From NCBI GenBank assembly GCA_964016885.1, contig OZ024740.1:415648001-415712000 (forward strand): a stretch of DNA of 64,000 bases. The letters are read 5' to 3'. Each line of letters opens with the position of its first letter. The first letter of the stretch is position 1. The position numbers were made by a program, and so were the translations under genes. Under the pieces are notes generated by a model. That model was not told the origin of the DNA. It was given only the letters and a program-made list of their open reading frames with translations, and ran no database searches. Source of the stretch: Eledone cirrhosa (taxonomy: Eukaryota). Of the stretch, positions 45,061-60,139 are shown piece by piece.

Positions 45061-48000
45061 GTGGGTATGGACATATGTTGTGTATGGGGGATGACAGTAA
45101 ATCAGATATAGAGTGTAAGAGAGAACACTGTGGGTATGTACATATGTTGTGTATGGGGGATGACAGTAATTCAGATATAGAGTGTAAGAGAGAACACTGT
45201 GGGTATGGACATATGTTGTGTGTGGGGCATGACAGTGAATAAGATATAGTGTGTAAGAGAGAACACTGTGGGTATGGACATATGTTGTGTATGGGGGATG
45301 ACAGTGAATCAGATATAGTGTGTAAGAGAGAACACTGTGGGTATGGACATATGTTGTGTATGGGGGATGAGAGTAAATCAGATATAGAGTGTAAGCGAGA
45401 ACACTGTGGGTATGAACATATGTTGTGTATGGGGGAAGACAGTGAATCAGATATAGTGTGTAAGAGAGAACACTGTGGGTATGGACATATGTTGTGTATG
45501 GGGGATGACAGTGAATCAGATATAGTGTGTAAGAGAGAACACTGAGGGTATGGACATATGTTGTGTATGGGGGATGACAGTAAATCAGATATAGTGTGTA
45601 AGAGACAACACTGTGGGTATGGACATATATTGTGTATGAGGGATGACAGTGAATCAGATATAGTGTGTAAGAGAGAACACTGTGGGTATGGACATATGTT
45701 GTGTAAGGGGGATGACAGGGAATCAGATATAGTGTGTAAGAGAGAACACTGTGGGTATGGACATATGTTGTGTATGGGGGATGACAGTGAATCAGATATA
45801 GTGTGTAAGAGAGAACACTGTGGGTATGGACATATGTTGTGTATGGGGGATGACAGTGAATCAGATATAGAGTGTAAGAGAGAACACTGTGGGTATGGAC
45901 ATATGTTGTGTATGGGAGATGACAGTAAATAAGTTATAGTGTGTAAGAGAGAACACTGAGGGTATGGACATATGTTGTGTATGGGGGATGACAGTAAATC
46001 AGATATAGTGTGTAAGAGACAACACTGTGGGTATGGACATATGTTGTGTATGGTGGTTGACAGTGAATCAGATATAGTGTGTAAGAGAGAACACTGTGGC
46101 TATGGACATATGTTGTGTAAGGTGGTTGACAGTGAATCAGATATAGTGTGTAAGAGAGAACACTGTGGGTATGGACATATGTTGTGTATGGGGGATGACA
46201 GTAAATCAGATATAGTGTGTAAGAGAGAACACTGTGGGTATGGACATATGTTGTGTATGGGGGATGACAGTGAATCAAATATAGTGTGTAAGAGAGAACA
46301 CTGTGGGTATGGACATATGTTGTATATGGGGGACGACAGTGAATCAGATATAGTGTGTAAGAGAGAACACTGTGGGTATGGACATATGTTGTGTATGGGG
46401 GATGACAGTGAATCAAATATAGTGTGTAAGAGAGAACACTGTGGGTATAGACATATGTTGTATATGGGGGATGACAGTGAATCAGATATAGTGTGTAAAG
46501 AGAACACTGTGGGTATGGACATATGTTGTGTATGGGGGATGACAGTGAATCAGATATAGAGTGTAAGAGAGAACACTGTGGGTATGGACATATGTTGTGT
46601 ATGGGGGATGACAGTGAATCAGATATAGTGTGTAAGAGAGAACACTGTGGGTATGGACATATGTTGTGTATGGGTGATGACAGTGAATCAGATATAGTGT
46701 GTAAGAGAGAACACTGTGGGTATGGACATATGTTGTGTATGGGGGATGACAGTGAATCAAATATAGTGTGTAAGAGAGAACACTGTGGGTGTGGACATAT
46801 GTTGTGTATGGGGGATGACAGTGAATCAGATATAGTGTGTAAGAGAGTACACTGTGGGTATGCACATATGTTGTGTATGGGGGATGACAGTGGATCAAAT
46901 ATAGTGTGTAAGAGAGAACACTGTGGGTATGGACATATGTTGTGTATGGGGGATGACAGTGAATCAGATATAGTGTGTAAGAGAGAAAACTGTGGGTATG
47001 GACATATGTTGTGTATGGGGGATGACAGTGAATCAGATATAGAGTGTAAGAGAGAACACTGTGGGTATGGACATATGTTGTGTATGGGGGATGACAGTGA
47101 ATCAGATATAGTGTGTAAGAGAGAACACTGTGGGTATGGACATATGTTGTGTATGGGGGATGACAGTGAATCAGATATAGTGTGTAAGCGAGAACACTGT
47201 GGGTATGGACATATGTTGTGTATGGGGGAAGACAGTGAATCAGATATAGTGTGTAAGAGAGAACACTGTGGGTATGGACATATGTTGTGTATGGGGGATG
47301 ACAGTGAATCAGATATAGTGTGTAAGAGACAACACTGTGGGTATGGACATATGTTGTGTATGGGGGATGACAGTGAATCAGATATAGAGTGTAAGAGAGA
47401 ACACTGTGGGTATGGACATATGTTGTGTATGGGAGATGACAGTAAATAAGTTATAGTGTGTAAGAGAGAACACTGAGGGTATGGACATATGTTGTGTATG
47501 GGGGATGACAGTAAATCAGATATAGTGTGTAAGAGACAACACTGTGGGTATGGACATATGTTGTGTATGGTGGTTGACAGTGAATCAGATATAGTGTGTA
47601 AGAGAGAACACTGTGGCTATGGACATATGTTGTGTAAGGTGGTTGACAGTGAATCAGATATAGTGTGTAAGAGAGAACACTGTGGGTATGGACATATGTT
47701 GTGTATGGGGGATGACAGTCAATCAGATATAGAGTGTAAGGAGAACACTGTGGGTATGGACATATGTTGTGTATGGGGGATGACAGTAAATCAGATATAG
47801 TGTGTAAGAGAGAACACTGTGGGTATGGACATATGTTGTGTATGGGGGATGACAGTGAATCAAATATAGTGTGTAAGAGAGAACACTGTGGGTATGGACA
47901 TATGTTGTGTATGGGGGATGACAGTGACTTAGATATAGTATGTAAGAGAGAACACTGTGGGTTTGGACATATGTTGTGTATGGGGGATGACAGTGAATCA

Positions 48001-50250
48001 GATATAGTGTGTAAGAGAGAACACTGTGGGTATGGACATATGTTGTGTATGGGGGATGACAGTGAATCAGATATTGTGTGTAAGAGAGAACACTGTGGGT
48101 ATGGACATATGTTGTGTATGGGGCATGACAGTGAATCAGATATAGTATGTAAGAGAGAACACTGTGGCTATGGACATATGTTGTGTATGGGGCATGACAG
48201 TGAATCAGATATTGTGTGTAAGAGAGAACACTGTGGGTATGGACATATGTTGTGTATGGGGGATGACAGTGAATCAGATATAGTATGTACGAGAGAACAC
48301 TGTGGGTATGGACATATGTTGTGTATGGGGGATGACAGTAAATCAGATATAGAGTGTAAGAGAGAACACTGTGGGTATGTACATATGTTGTGTATGGGGG
48401 ATGACAGTAATTCAGATATAGAGTGTAAGAGAGAACACTGTGGGTATGGACATATGTTGTGTGTGGGGCATGACAGTGAATAAGATATAGTGTGTAAGAG
48501 AGAACACTGTGGGTATGGACATATGTTGTGTATGGGGGATGACAGTGAATCAGATATAGTGTGTAAGAGAGAACACTGTGGGTATGGACATATGTTGTGT
48601 ATGGGGGATGAGAGTAAATCAGATATAGAGTGTAAGCGAGAACACTGTGGGTATGAACATATGTTGTGTATGGGGGAAGACAGTGAATCAGATATAGTGT
48701 GTAAGAGAGAACACTGTGGGTATGGACATATGTTGTGTATGGGGGATGACAGTGAATCAGATATAGTGTGTAAGAGAGAACACTGAGGGTATGGACATAT
48801 GTTGTGTATGGGGGATGACAGTAAATCAGATATAGTGTGTAAGAGACAACACTGTGGGTATGGACATATATTGTGTATGAGGGATGACAGTGAATCAGAT
48901 ATAGTGTGTAAGAGAGAACACTGTGGGTATGGACATATGTTGTGTAAGGGGGATGACAGGGAATCAGATATAGTGTGTAAGAGAGAACACTGTGGGTATG
49001 GACATATGTTGTGTATGGGGGATGACAGTGAATCAGATATAGTGTGTAAGAGAGAACACTGTGGGTATGGACATATGTTGTGTATGGGGGATGACAGTGA
49101 ATCAGATATAGAGTGTAAGAGAGAACACTGTGGGTATGGACATATGTTGTGTATGGGAGATGACAGTAAATAAGTTATAGTGTGTAAGAGAGAACACTGA
49201 GGGTATGGACATATGTTGTGTATGGGGGATGACAGTAAATCAGATATAGTGTGTAAGAGACAACACTGTGGGTATGGACATATGTTGTGTATGGTGGTTG
49301 ACAGTGAATCAGATATAGTGTGTAAGAGAGAACACTGTGGCTATGGACATATGTTGTGTAAGGTGGTTGACAGTGAATCAGATATAGTGTGTAAGAGAGA
49401 ACACTGTGGGTATGGACATATGTTGTGTATGGGGGATGACAGTAAATCAGATATAGTGTGTAAGAGAGAACACTGTGGGTATGGACATATGTTGTGTATG
49501 GGGGATGACAGTGAATCAAATATAGTGTGTAAGAGAGAACACTGTGGGTATGGACATATGTTGTATATGGGGGACGACAGTGAATCAGATATAGTGTGTA
49601 AGAGAGAACACTGTGGGTATGGACATATGTTGTGTATGGGGGATGACAGTGAATCAAATATAGTGTGTAAGAGAGAACACTGTGGGTATAGACATATGTT
49701 GTATATGGGGGATGACAGTGAATCAGATATAGTGTGTAAAGAGAACACTGTGGGTATGGACATATGTTGTGTATGGGGGATGACAGTGAATCAGATATAG
49801 AGTGTAAGAGAGAACACTGTGGGTATGGACATATGTTGTGTATGGGGGATGACAGTGAATCAGATATAGTGTGTAAGAGAGAACACTGTGGGTATGGACA
49901 TATGTTGTGTATGGGTGATGACAGTGAATCAGATATAGTGTGTAAGAGAGAACACTGTGGGTATGGACATATGTTGTGTATGGGGGATGACAGTGAATCA
50001 AATATAGTGTGTAAGAGAGAACACTGTGGGTGTGGACATATGTTGTGTATGGGGGATGACAGTGAATCAGATATAGTGTGTAAGAGAGTACACTGTGGGT
50101 ATGCACATATGTTGTGTATGGGGGATGACAGTGGATCAAATATAGTGTGTAAGAGAGAACACTGTGGGTATGGACATATGTTGTGTATGGGGGATGACAG
50201 TGAATCAGATATAGTGTGTAAGAGAGAAAACTGTGGGTATGGACATATGT
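43770..50250. repeat. Tandem duplication of a 3241-bp (47-monomer) block
   Basis: ORF pairs 44248/47489, 44523/47764, 45249/48490, 45558/48799, 45972/49213 and 46523/49764 are all offset by 3241 (47x69-2). Shared markers include TATGAACAT and TATAGACAT. Confidence 0.92.
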
Positions 50251-53200
50251 TGTGTATGGTGGTTGACAGTGAATCAGATATAGTGTGTAAGAGAGAACAC
50301 TGTGGGTATGGACATATGTTGTGTATGGGGGATGACTGTGAATCAAATATAGTGCGTAAGAGAGAACACCGTGGGTATGGACATATGTTGTGTATGGGGG
50401 ATGACAGTGAATCAAATATAGTGTGTAAGAGAGAACACTGTGGGTATGGACATATGTTGTATATGGGGGATGACAGTGAATCAGATATAGTGTGTAAGAG
50501 AGAACACTGTGGGTTTGGACATATGTTGTGTATGGGGGATGACAGTGAATCAGATATAGAGTGTAAGAGAGAACACTGTGGGTATGGACATATGTTGTGT
50601 ATGGGGGATGACAGTGAATCAGATATAGTGTGTAAGAGAGAACACTGTGGGTATGGACATATGTTGTGTATGGGGGATGACAGTGAATCAAATATAGTGT
50701 TTAAGAGAGAACACTGTGGGTATGGACATATGTTGTGTATGGGGGATGACAGTGAATCAGATATAGTGTGTAAGAGAGTACACTGTGGGTATGGACATAT
50801 GTTGTGTATGGGGGATGACAGTGGATCAAATATAGTGTGTAAGAGAGAACACTGTGGGTATGGACATATGTTGTGTATGGGGGATGACAGTGAATCAGAT
50901 ATAGTGTGTAAGAGAGAACACTGTGGGTATGGACATATGTTGTGTATGGTGGTTGACAGTGAATCAGATATAGTGTGTAAGAGAGAACACTGTGGGTATG
51001 GATATATGTTGTGTATGGGGGATGATAGTGAATCAAATATAGTGTGTAAGAGAGAACACTCTGGGTATGGACATATGTTGTGTATGGGGGATGACAGTGA
51101 ATCAGATATAGTGTGTAAGAGAGAACACTGTGGGTATGGACATATGTTGTGTATGGGGATGACAGTGAATAAGATATAGTGTGTAAGAGAGAACACTGTG
51201 GGGATGGACATATGTTGTGTATGGGGGATGACAGTGAATCAGATATAGTGTGTAAGAGAGAACACTGTGGCTATGGACATATGTTGTGTATGGGGCATGA
51301 CAGTGAATCAGATATTGTGTGTAAGAGAGAACACTGTGGGTATGGACATATGTTGTGTATGGGGGATGACAGTGAATCAGATATAGTATGTACGAGAGAA
51401 CACTGTGGGTATGGACATATGTTGTGTATGGGGGATGACAGTAAATCAGATATAGAGTGTAAGAGAGAACACTGTGGGTATGTACATATGTTGTGTATGG
51501 GGGATGACAGTAATTCAGATATAGAGTGTAAGAGAGAACACTGTGGGTATGGACATATGTTGTGTGTGGGGCATGACAGTGAATCAGATATAGTGTGTAA
51601 GAGAGAACACTGTGGGTATGGACATATGTTGTGTATGGGGGATGACAGTGAATCAGATATAGTGTGTAAGAGAGAACACTGTGGGTATGGACATATGTTG
51701 TGTATGGGGGATGAGAGTAAATCAGATATAGAGTGTAAGCGAGAACACTGTGGGTATGGACATATGTTGTGTATGGGGGAAGACAGTGAATCAGATATAG
51801 TGTGTAAGAGAGAACACTGTGGGTATGGACATATGTTGTGTATGGGGGATGACAGTGAATCAGATATAGTGTGTAAGAGAGAACACTGTGGGTATGGACA
51901 TATGTTGTGTATGGGGGATGACAGTGAATCAGATATAGAGTGTAAGAGAGAACACTGTGGGTATGGACATATGTTGTGTATGGGGGATGACAGTGAATCA
52001 GATATAGTGTGTAAGAGAGAACACTGTGGGTATGGACATATGTTGTGTATGGGGGATGACAGTGAATCAGATATAGTATGTACGAGAGAACACTGTGGGT
52101 ATGGACATATGTTGTGTATGGGGGATGACAGTAAATCAGATATAGAGTGTAAGAGAGAACACTGTGGGTATGTACATATGTTGTGTATGGGGGATGACAG
52201 TAATTCAGATATAGAGTGTAAGAGAGAACACTGTGGGTATGGACATATGTTGTGTGTGGGGCATGACAGTGAATCAGATATAGTGTGTAAGAGAGAACAC
52301 TGTGGGTATGGACATATGTTGTGTATGGGGGATGACAGTGAATCAGATATAGTGTGTAAGAGAGAACACTGTGGGTATGGACATATGTTGTGTATGGGGG
52401 ATGAGAGTAAATCAGATATAGAGTGTAAGCGAGAACACTGTGGGTATGGACATATGTTGTGTATGGGGGAAGACAGTGAATCAGATATAGTGTGTAAGAG
52501 AGAACACTGTGGGTATGGACATATGTTGTGTATGGGGGATGACAGTGAATCAGATATAGTGTGTAAGAGAGAACACTGTGGGTATGGACATATGTTGTAT
52601 ATGGGGGACGACAGTGAATCAGATATAGTGTGTAAGAGAGAACACTGTGGGTATGGACATATGTTGTGTATGGGGGATGACAGTGAATCAAATATAGTGT
52701 GTAAGAGAGAACACTGTGGGTATGGACATATGTTGTATATGGGGGATGACAGTGAATCAGATATAGTGTGTAAAGAGAACACTGTGGGTATGGACATATG
52801 TTGTGTATGGGGGATGACAGTGAATCAGATATAGAGTGTAAGAGAGAACACTGTGGGTATGGACATATGTTGTGTATGGGGGATGACAGTGAATCAGATA
52901 TAGTGTGTAAGAGAGAACACTGTGGGTATGGACATATGTTGTGTATGGGTGATGACAGTGAATCAGATATAGTGTGTAAGAGAGAACACTGTGGGTATGG
53001 ACATATGTTGTGTATGGGGGATGACAGTGAATCAAATATAGTGTGTAAGAGAGAACACTGTGGGTGTGGACATATGTTGTGTATGGGGGATGACAGTGAA
53101 TCAGATATAGTGTGTAAGAGAGTACACTGTGGGTATGCACATATGTTGTGTATGGGGGATGACAGTGGATCAAATATAGTGTGTAAGAGAGAACACTGTG

Positions 53201-56200
53201 GGTATGGACATATGTTGTGTATGGGGGATGACAGTGAATCAGATATAGTGTGTAAGAGAGAAAACTGTGGGTATGGACATATGTTGTGTATGGTGGTTGA
53301 CAGTGAATCAGATATAGTGTGTAAGAGAGAACACTGTGGGTATGGACATATGTTGTGTATGGGGGATGACTGTGAATCAAATATAGTGCGTAAGAGAGAA
53401 CACCGTGGGTATGGACATATGTTGTGTATGGGGGATGACAGTGAATCAAATATAGTGTGTAAGAGAGAACACTGTGGGTATGGACATATGTTGTATATGG
53501 GGGATGACAGTGAATCAGATATAGTGTGTAAGAGAGAACACTGTGGGTTTGGACATATGTTGTGTATGGGGGATGACAGTGAATCAGATATAGAGTGTAA
53601 GAGAGAACACTGTGGGTATGGACATATGTTGTGTATGGGGGATGACAGTGAATCAGATATAGTGTGTAAGAGAGAACACTGTGGGTATGGACATATGTTG
53701 TGTATGGGGGATGACAGTGAATCAAATATAGTGTTTAAGAGAGAACACTGTGGGTATGGACATATGTTGTGTATGGGGGATGACAGTGAATCAAATATAG
53801 TGTGTAAGAGAGAACACTGTGGGTGTGGACATATGTTGTGTATGGGGGATGACAGTGAATCAGATATAGTGTGTAAGAGAGTACACTGTGGGTATGCACA
53901 TATGTTGTGTATGGGGGATGACAGTGGATCAAATATAGTGTGTAAGAGAGAACACTGTGGGTATGGACATATGTTGTGTATGGGGGATGACAGTGAATCA
54001 GATATAGTGTGTAAGAGAGAAAACTGTGGGTATGGACATATGTTGTGTATGGTGGTTGACAGTGAATCAGATATAGTGTGTAAGAGAGAACACTGTGGGT
54101 ATGGACATATGTTGTGTATGGGGGATGACTGTGAATCAAATATAGTGCGTAAGAGAGAACACCGTGGGTATGGACATATGTTGTGTATGGGGGATGACAG
54201 TGAATCAAATATAGTGTGTAAGAGAGAACACTGTGGGTATGGACATATGTTGTATATGGGGGATGACAGTGAATCAGATATAGTGTGTAAGAGAGAACAC
54301 TGTGGGTTTGGACATATGTTGTGTATGGGGGATGACAGTGAATCAGATATAGAGTGTAAGAGAGAACACTGTGGGTATGGACATATGTTGTGTATGGGGG
54401 ATGACAGTGAATCAGATATAGTGTGTAAGAGAGAACACTGTGGGTATGGACATATGTTGTGTATGGGGGATGACAGTGAATCAAATATAGTGTTTAAGAG
54501 AGAACACTGTGGGTATGGACATATGTTGTGTATGGGGGATGACAGTGAATCAGATATAGTGTGTAAGAGAGTACACTGTGGGTATGGACATATGTTGTGT
54601 ATGGGGGATGACAGTGGATCAAATATAGTGTGTAAGAGAGAACACTGTGGGTATGGACATATGTTGTGTATGGGGGATGAGAGTAAATCAGATATAGAGT
54701 GTAAGCGAGAACACTGTGGGTATGGACATATGTTGTGTATGGGGGAAGACAGTGAATCAGATATAGTGTGTAAGAGAGAACACTGTGGGTATGGACATAT
54801 GTTGTGTATGGGGGATGACAGTGAATCAGATATAGTGTGTAAGAGAGAACACTGTGGGTATGGACATATGTTGTGTATGGGGGATGACAGTGAATCAGAT
54901 ATAGAGTGTAAGAGAGAACACTGTGGGTATGGACATATGTTGTGTATGGGGGATGACAGTGAATCAGATATAGTGTGTAAGAGAGAACACTGTGGGTATG
55001 GACATATGTTGTGTATGGGGGATGACAGTGAATCAGATATAGTATGTACGAGAGAACACTGTGGGTATGGACATATGTTGTGTATGGGGGATGACAGTAA
55101 ATCAGATATAGAGTGTAAGAGAGAACACTGTGGGTATGTACATATGTTGTGTATGGGGGATGACAGTAATTCAGATATAGAGTGTAAGAGAGAACACTGT
55201 GGGTATGGACATATGTTGTGTGTGGGGCATGACAGTGAATCAGATATAGTGTGTAAGAGAGAACACTGTGGGTATGGACATATGTTGTGTATGGGGGATG
55301 ACAGTGAATCAGATATAGTGTGTAAGAGAGAACACTGTGGGTATGGACATATGTTGTGTATGGGGGATGAGAGTAAATCAGATATAGAGTGTAAGCGAGA
55401 ACACTGTGGGTATGGACATATGTTGTGTATGGGGGAAGACAGTGAATCAGATATAGTGTGTAAGAGAGAACACTGTGGGTATGGACATATGTTGTGTATG
55501 GGGGATGACAGTGAATCAGATATAGTGTGTAAGAGAGAACACTGTGGGTATGGACATATGTTGTATATGGGGGACGACAGTGAATCAGATATAGTGTGTA
55601 AGAGAGAACACTGTGGGTATGGACATATGTTGTGTATGGGGGATGACAGTGAATCAAATATAGTGTGTAAGAGAGAACACTGTGGGTATGGACATATGTT
55701 GTATATGGGGGATGACAGTGAATCAGATATAGTGTGTAAAGAGAACACTGTGGGTATGGACATATGTTGTGTATGGGGGATGACAGTGAATCAGATATAG
55801 AGTGTAAGAGAGAACACTGTGGGTATGGACATATGTTGTGTATGGGGGATGACAGTGAATCAGATATAGTGTGTAAGAGAGAACACTGTGGGTATGGACA
55901 TATGTTGTGTATGGGTGATGACAGTGAATCAGATATAGTGTGTAAGAGAGAACACTGTGGGTATGGACATATGTTGTGTATGGGGGATGACAGTGAATCA
56001 AATATAGTGTGTAAGAGAGAACACTGTGGGTGTGGACATATGTTGTGTATGGGGGATGACAGTGAATCAGATATAGTGTGTAAGAGAGTACACTGTGGGT
56101 ATGCACATATGTTGTGTATGGGGGATGACAGTGGATCAAATATAGTGTGTAAGAGAGAACACTGTGGGTATGGACATATGTTGTGTATGGGGGATGACAG

Positions 56201-57880
56201 TGAATCAGATATAGTGTGTAAGAGAGAAAACTGTGGGTATGGACATATGTTGTGTATGGTGGTTGACAGTGAATCAGATATAGTGTGTAAGAGAGAACAC
56301 TGTGGGTATGGACATATGTTGTGTATGGGGGATGACTGTGAATCAAATATAGTGCGTAAGAGAGAACACCGTGGGTATGGACATATGTTGTGTATGGGGG
56401 ATGACAGTGAATCAAATATAGTGTGTAAGAGAGAACACTGTGGGTATGGACATATGTTGTATATGGGGATGACAGTGAATCAGATATAGTGTGTAAGAGA
56501 GAACACTGTGGGTTTGGACATATGTTGTGTATGGGGGATGACAGTGAATCAGATATAGAGTGTAAGAGAGAACACTGTGGGTATGGACATATGTTGTGTA
56601 TGGGGGATGACAGTGAATCAGATATAGTGTGTAAGAGAGAACACTGTGGGTATGGACATATGTTGTGTATGGGGGATGACAGTGAATCAAATATAGTGTT
56701 TAAGAGAGAACACTGTGGGTATGGACATATGTTGTGTATGGGGGATGACAGTGAATCAGATATAGTGTGTAAGAGAGTACACTGTGGGTATGGACATATG
56801 TTGTGTATGGGGGATGACAGTGGATCAAATATAGTGTGTAAGAGAGAACACTGTGGGTATGGACATATGTTGTGTATGGGGGATGACAGTGAATCAGATA
56901 TAGTGTGTAAGAGAGAACACTGTGGGTATGGACATATGTTGTGTATGGTGGTTGACAGTGAATCAGATATAGTGTGTAAGAGAGAACACTGTGGGTATGG
57001 ATATATGTTGTGTATGGGGGATGATAGTGAATCAAATATAGTGTGTAAGAGAGAACACTCTGGGTATGGACATATGTTGTGTATGGGGGATGACAGTGAA
57101 TCAGATATAGTGTGTAAGAGAGAACACTGTGGGTATGGACATATGTTGTGTATGGGGATGACAGTGAATAAGATATAGTGTGTAAGAGAGAACACTGTGG
57201 GGATGGACATATGTTGTGTATGGGGGATGACAGTGAATCAGATATAGTGTGTAAGAGAGAACACTGTGGCTATGGACATATGTTGTGTATGGGGCATGAC
57301 AGTGAATCAGATATTGTGTGTAAGAGAGAACACTGTGGGTATGGACATATGTTGTGTATGGGGGATGACAGTGAATCAGATATAGTATGTACGAGAGAAC
57401 ACTGTGGGTATGGACATATGTTGTGTATGGGGGATGACAGTAAATCAGATATAGAGTGTAAGAGAGAACACTGTGGGTATGTACATATGTTGTGTATGGG
57501 GGATGACAGTAATTCAGATATAGAGTGTAAGAGAGAACACTGTGGGTATGGACATATGTTGTGTGTGGGGCATGACAGTGAATCAGATATAGTGTGTAAG
57601 AGAGAACACTGTGGGTATGGACATATGTTGTGTATGGGGGATGACAGTGAATCAGATATAGTGTGTAAGAGAGAACACTGTGGGTATGGACATATGTTGT
57701 GTATGGGGGATGAGAGTAAATCAGATATAGAGTGTAAGCGAGAACACTGTGGGTATGGACATATGTTGTGTATGGGGGAAGACAGTGAATCAGATATAGT
57801 GTGTAAGAGAGAACACTGTGGGTATGGACATATGTTGTGTATGGGGGATGACAGTGAATCAGATATAGTGTGTAAGAGAG
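49540..57880. repeat. Nested ~3-kb/6-kb duplications with internal 10-monomer (690 bp) and 11-monomer (759 bp) tandem duplications
   Basis: ORF starts 49764/52798/55764 are offset by 3034 and 2966, and 51179/57178 by 5999. TACGAG occurs at 51391/52081 (+690) and GGGTGTGG at 53062/53821 (+759). Confidence 0.85.
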
Positions 57881-60139
57881 AACACTGAGGGTATGGACAT
57901 ATGTTGTGTATGGGGGATGACAGTAAATCAGATATAGTGTGTAAGAGACAACACTGTGGGTATGGACATATATTGTGTATGAGGGATGACAGTGAATCAG
58001 ATATAGTGTGTAAGAGAGAACACTGTGGGTATGGACATATGTTGTGTAAGGGGGATGACAGGGAATCAGATATAGTGTGTAAGAGAGAACACTGTGGGTA
58101 TGGACATATGTTGTGTATGGGGGATGACAGTGAATCAGATATAGTGTGTAAGAGAGAACACTGTGGGTATGGACATATGTTGTGTATGGGGGATGACAGT
58201 GAATCAGATATAGAGTGTAAGAGAGAACACTGTGGGTATGGACATATGTTGTGTATGGGAGATGACAGTAAATAAGTTATAGTGTGTAAGAGAGAACACT
58301 GAGGGTATGGACATATGTTGTGTATGGGGGATGACAGTAAATCAGATATAGTGTGTAAGAGACAACACTGTGGGTATGGACATATGTTGTGTATGGTGGT
58401 TGACAGTGAATCAGATATAGTGTGTAAGAGAGAACACTGTGGCTATAGACATATGTTGTGTAAGGTGGTTGACAGTGAATCAGATATAGTGTGTAAGAGA
58501 GAACACTGTGGGTATGGACATATGTTGTGTATGGGGGATGACAGTAAATCAGATATAGTGTGTAAGAGAGAACACTGTGGGTATGGACATATGTTGTGTA
58601 TGGGGGATGACAGTGAATCAAATATAGTGTGTAAGAGAGAACACTGTGGGTATGGACATATGTTGTATATGGGGGACGACAGTGAATCAGATATAGTGTG
58701 TAAGAGAGAACACTGTGGGTATGGACATATGTTGTGTATGGGGGATGACAGTGAATCAAATATAGTGTGTAAGAGAGAACACTGTGGGTATGGACATATG
58801 TTGTAAATGGGGGATGACAGTGAATCAGATATAGTGTGTAAGAGAGAACACTGTGGGTATGGACATATGTTGTGTATGGGGGATGACAGTGAATCAGATA
58901 TAGAGTGTAAGAGAGAACACTGTGGGTATGGACATATGTTGTGTATGGGGGATGACAGTGAATCAGATATAGTGTGTAAGAGAGAACACTGTGGGTATGG
59001 ACATATGTTGTGTATGGGTGATGACAGTGAATCAGATATAGTGTGTAAGAGAGAACACTGTGGGTATGGACATATGTTGTGTATGGGGGATGACAGTGAA
59101 TCAAATATAGTGTGTAAGAGAGAACACTGTGGGTGTGGACATATGTTGTGTATGGGGGATGACAGTGAATCAGATATAGTGTGTAAGAGAGTACACTGTG
59201 GGTATGCACATATGTTGTGTATGGGGGATGACAGTGGATCAAATATAGTGTGTAAGAGAGAACACTGTGGGTATGGATATATGTTGTGTATGGGGGATGA
59301 CAGTGAATCAGATATAGTGTGTAAGAGAGAAAACTGTGGGTATGGACATATGTTGTGTATGGTGGTTGACAGTGAATCAGATATAGTGTGTAAGAGAGAA
59401 CACTGTGGGTATGGACATATGTTGTGTATGGGGGATGACAGTGAATCAAATATAGTGCGTAAGAGAGAACACCGTGGGTATGGACATATGTTGTGTATGG
59501 GGGATGACAGTGAATCAAATATAGTGTGTAAGAGAGAACACTGTGGGTATGGACATATGTTGTATATGGGGGATGACAGTGAATCAGATATAGTGTGTAA
59601 GAGAGAACACTGTGGGTTTGGACATATGTTGTGTATGGGGGATGACAGTGAATCAGATATAGAGTGCAAGAGAGAACACTGTGGGTATGGACATATGTTG
59701 TGTATGGGGGATGACAGTGAATCAGATATAGTGTGTAAGAGAGAACACTGTGGGTATGGACATATGTTGTGTATGGGGGATGACAGTGAATCAAATATAG
59801 TGTTTAAGAGAGAACACTGTGGGTATGGACATATGTTGTGTATGGGGGATGACAGTGAATCAGATATAGTGTGTAAGAGAGTACACTGTGGGTATGGACA
59901 TATGTTGTGTATGGGGGATGACAGTGGATCAAATATAGTGTGTAAGAGAGAACACTGTGGGTATGGACATATGTTGTGTATGGGGGATGACAGTGAATCA
60001 GATATAGTGTGTAAGAGAGAACACTGTGGGTATGGACATATGTTGTGTATGGTGGTTGACAGTGAATCAGATATAGTGTGTAAGAGAGAACACTGTGGGT
60101 ATGGATATATGTTGTGTATGGGGGATGACAGTGAATGAA

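Noticed and set aside
49764-55764. Duplication offset of exactly 6000 bp as a sign of synthetic or artefactual sequence
   Set aside because: It equals 87x69 minus three 1-bp deletions, and it becomes 5999 further along. The round number is a coincidence.
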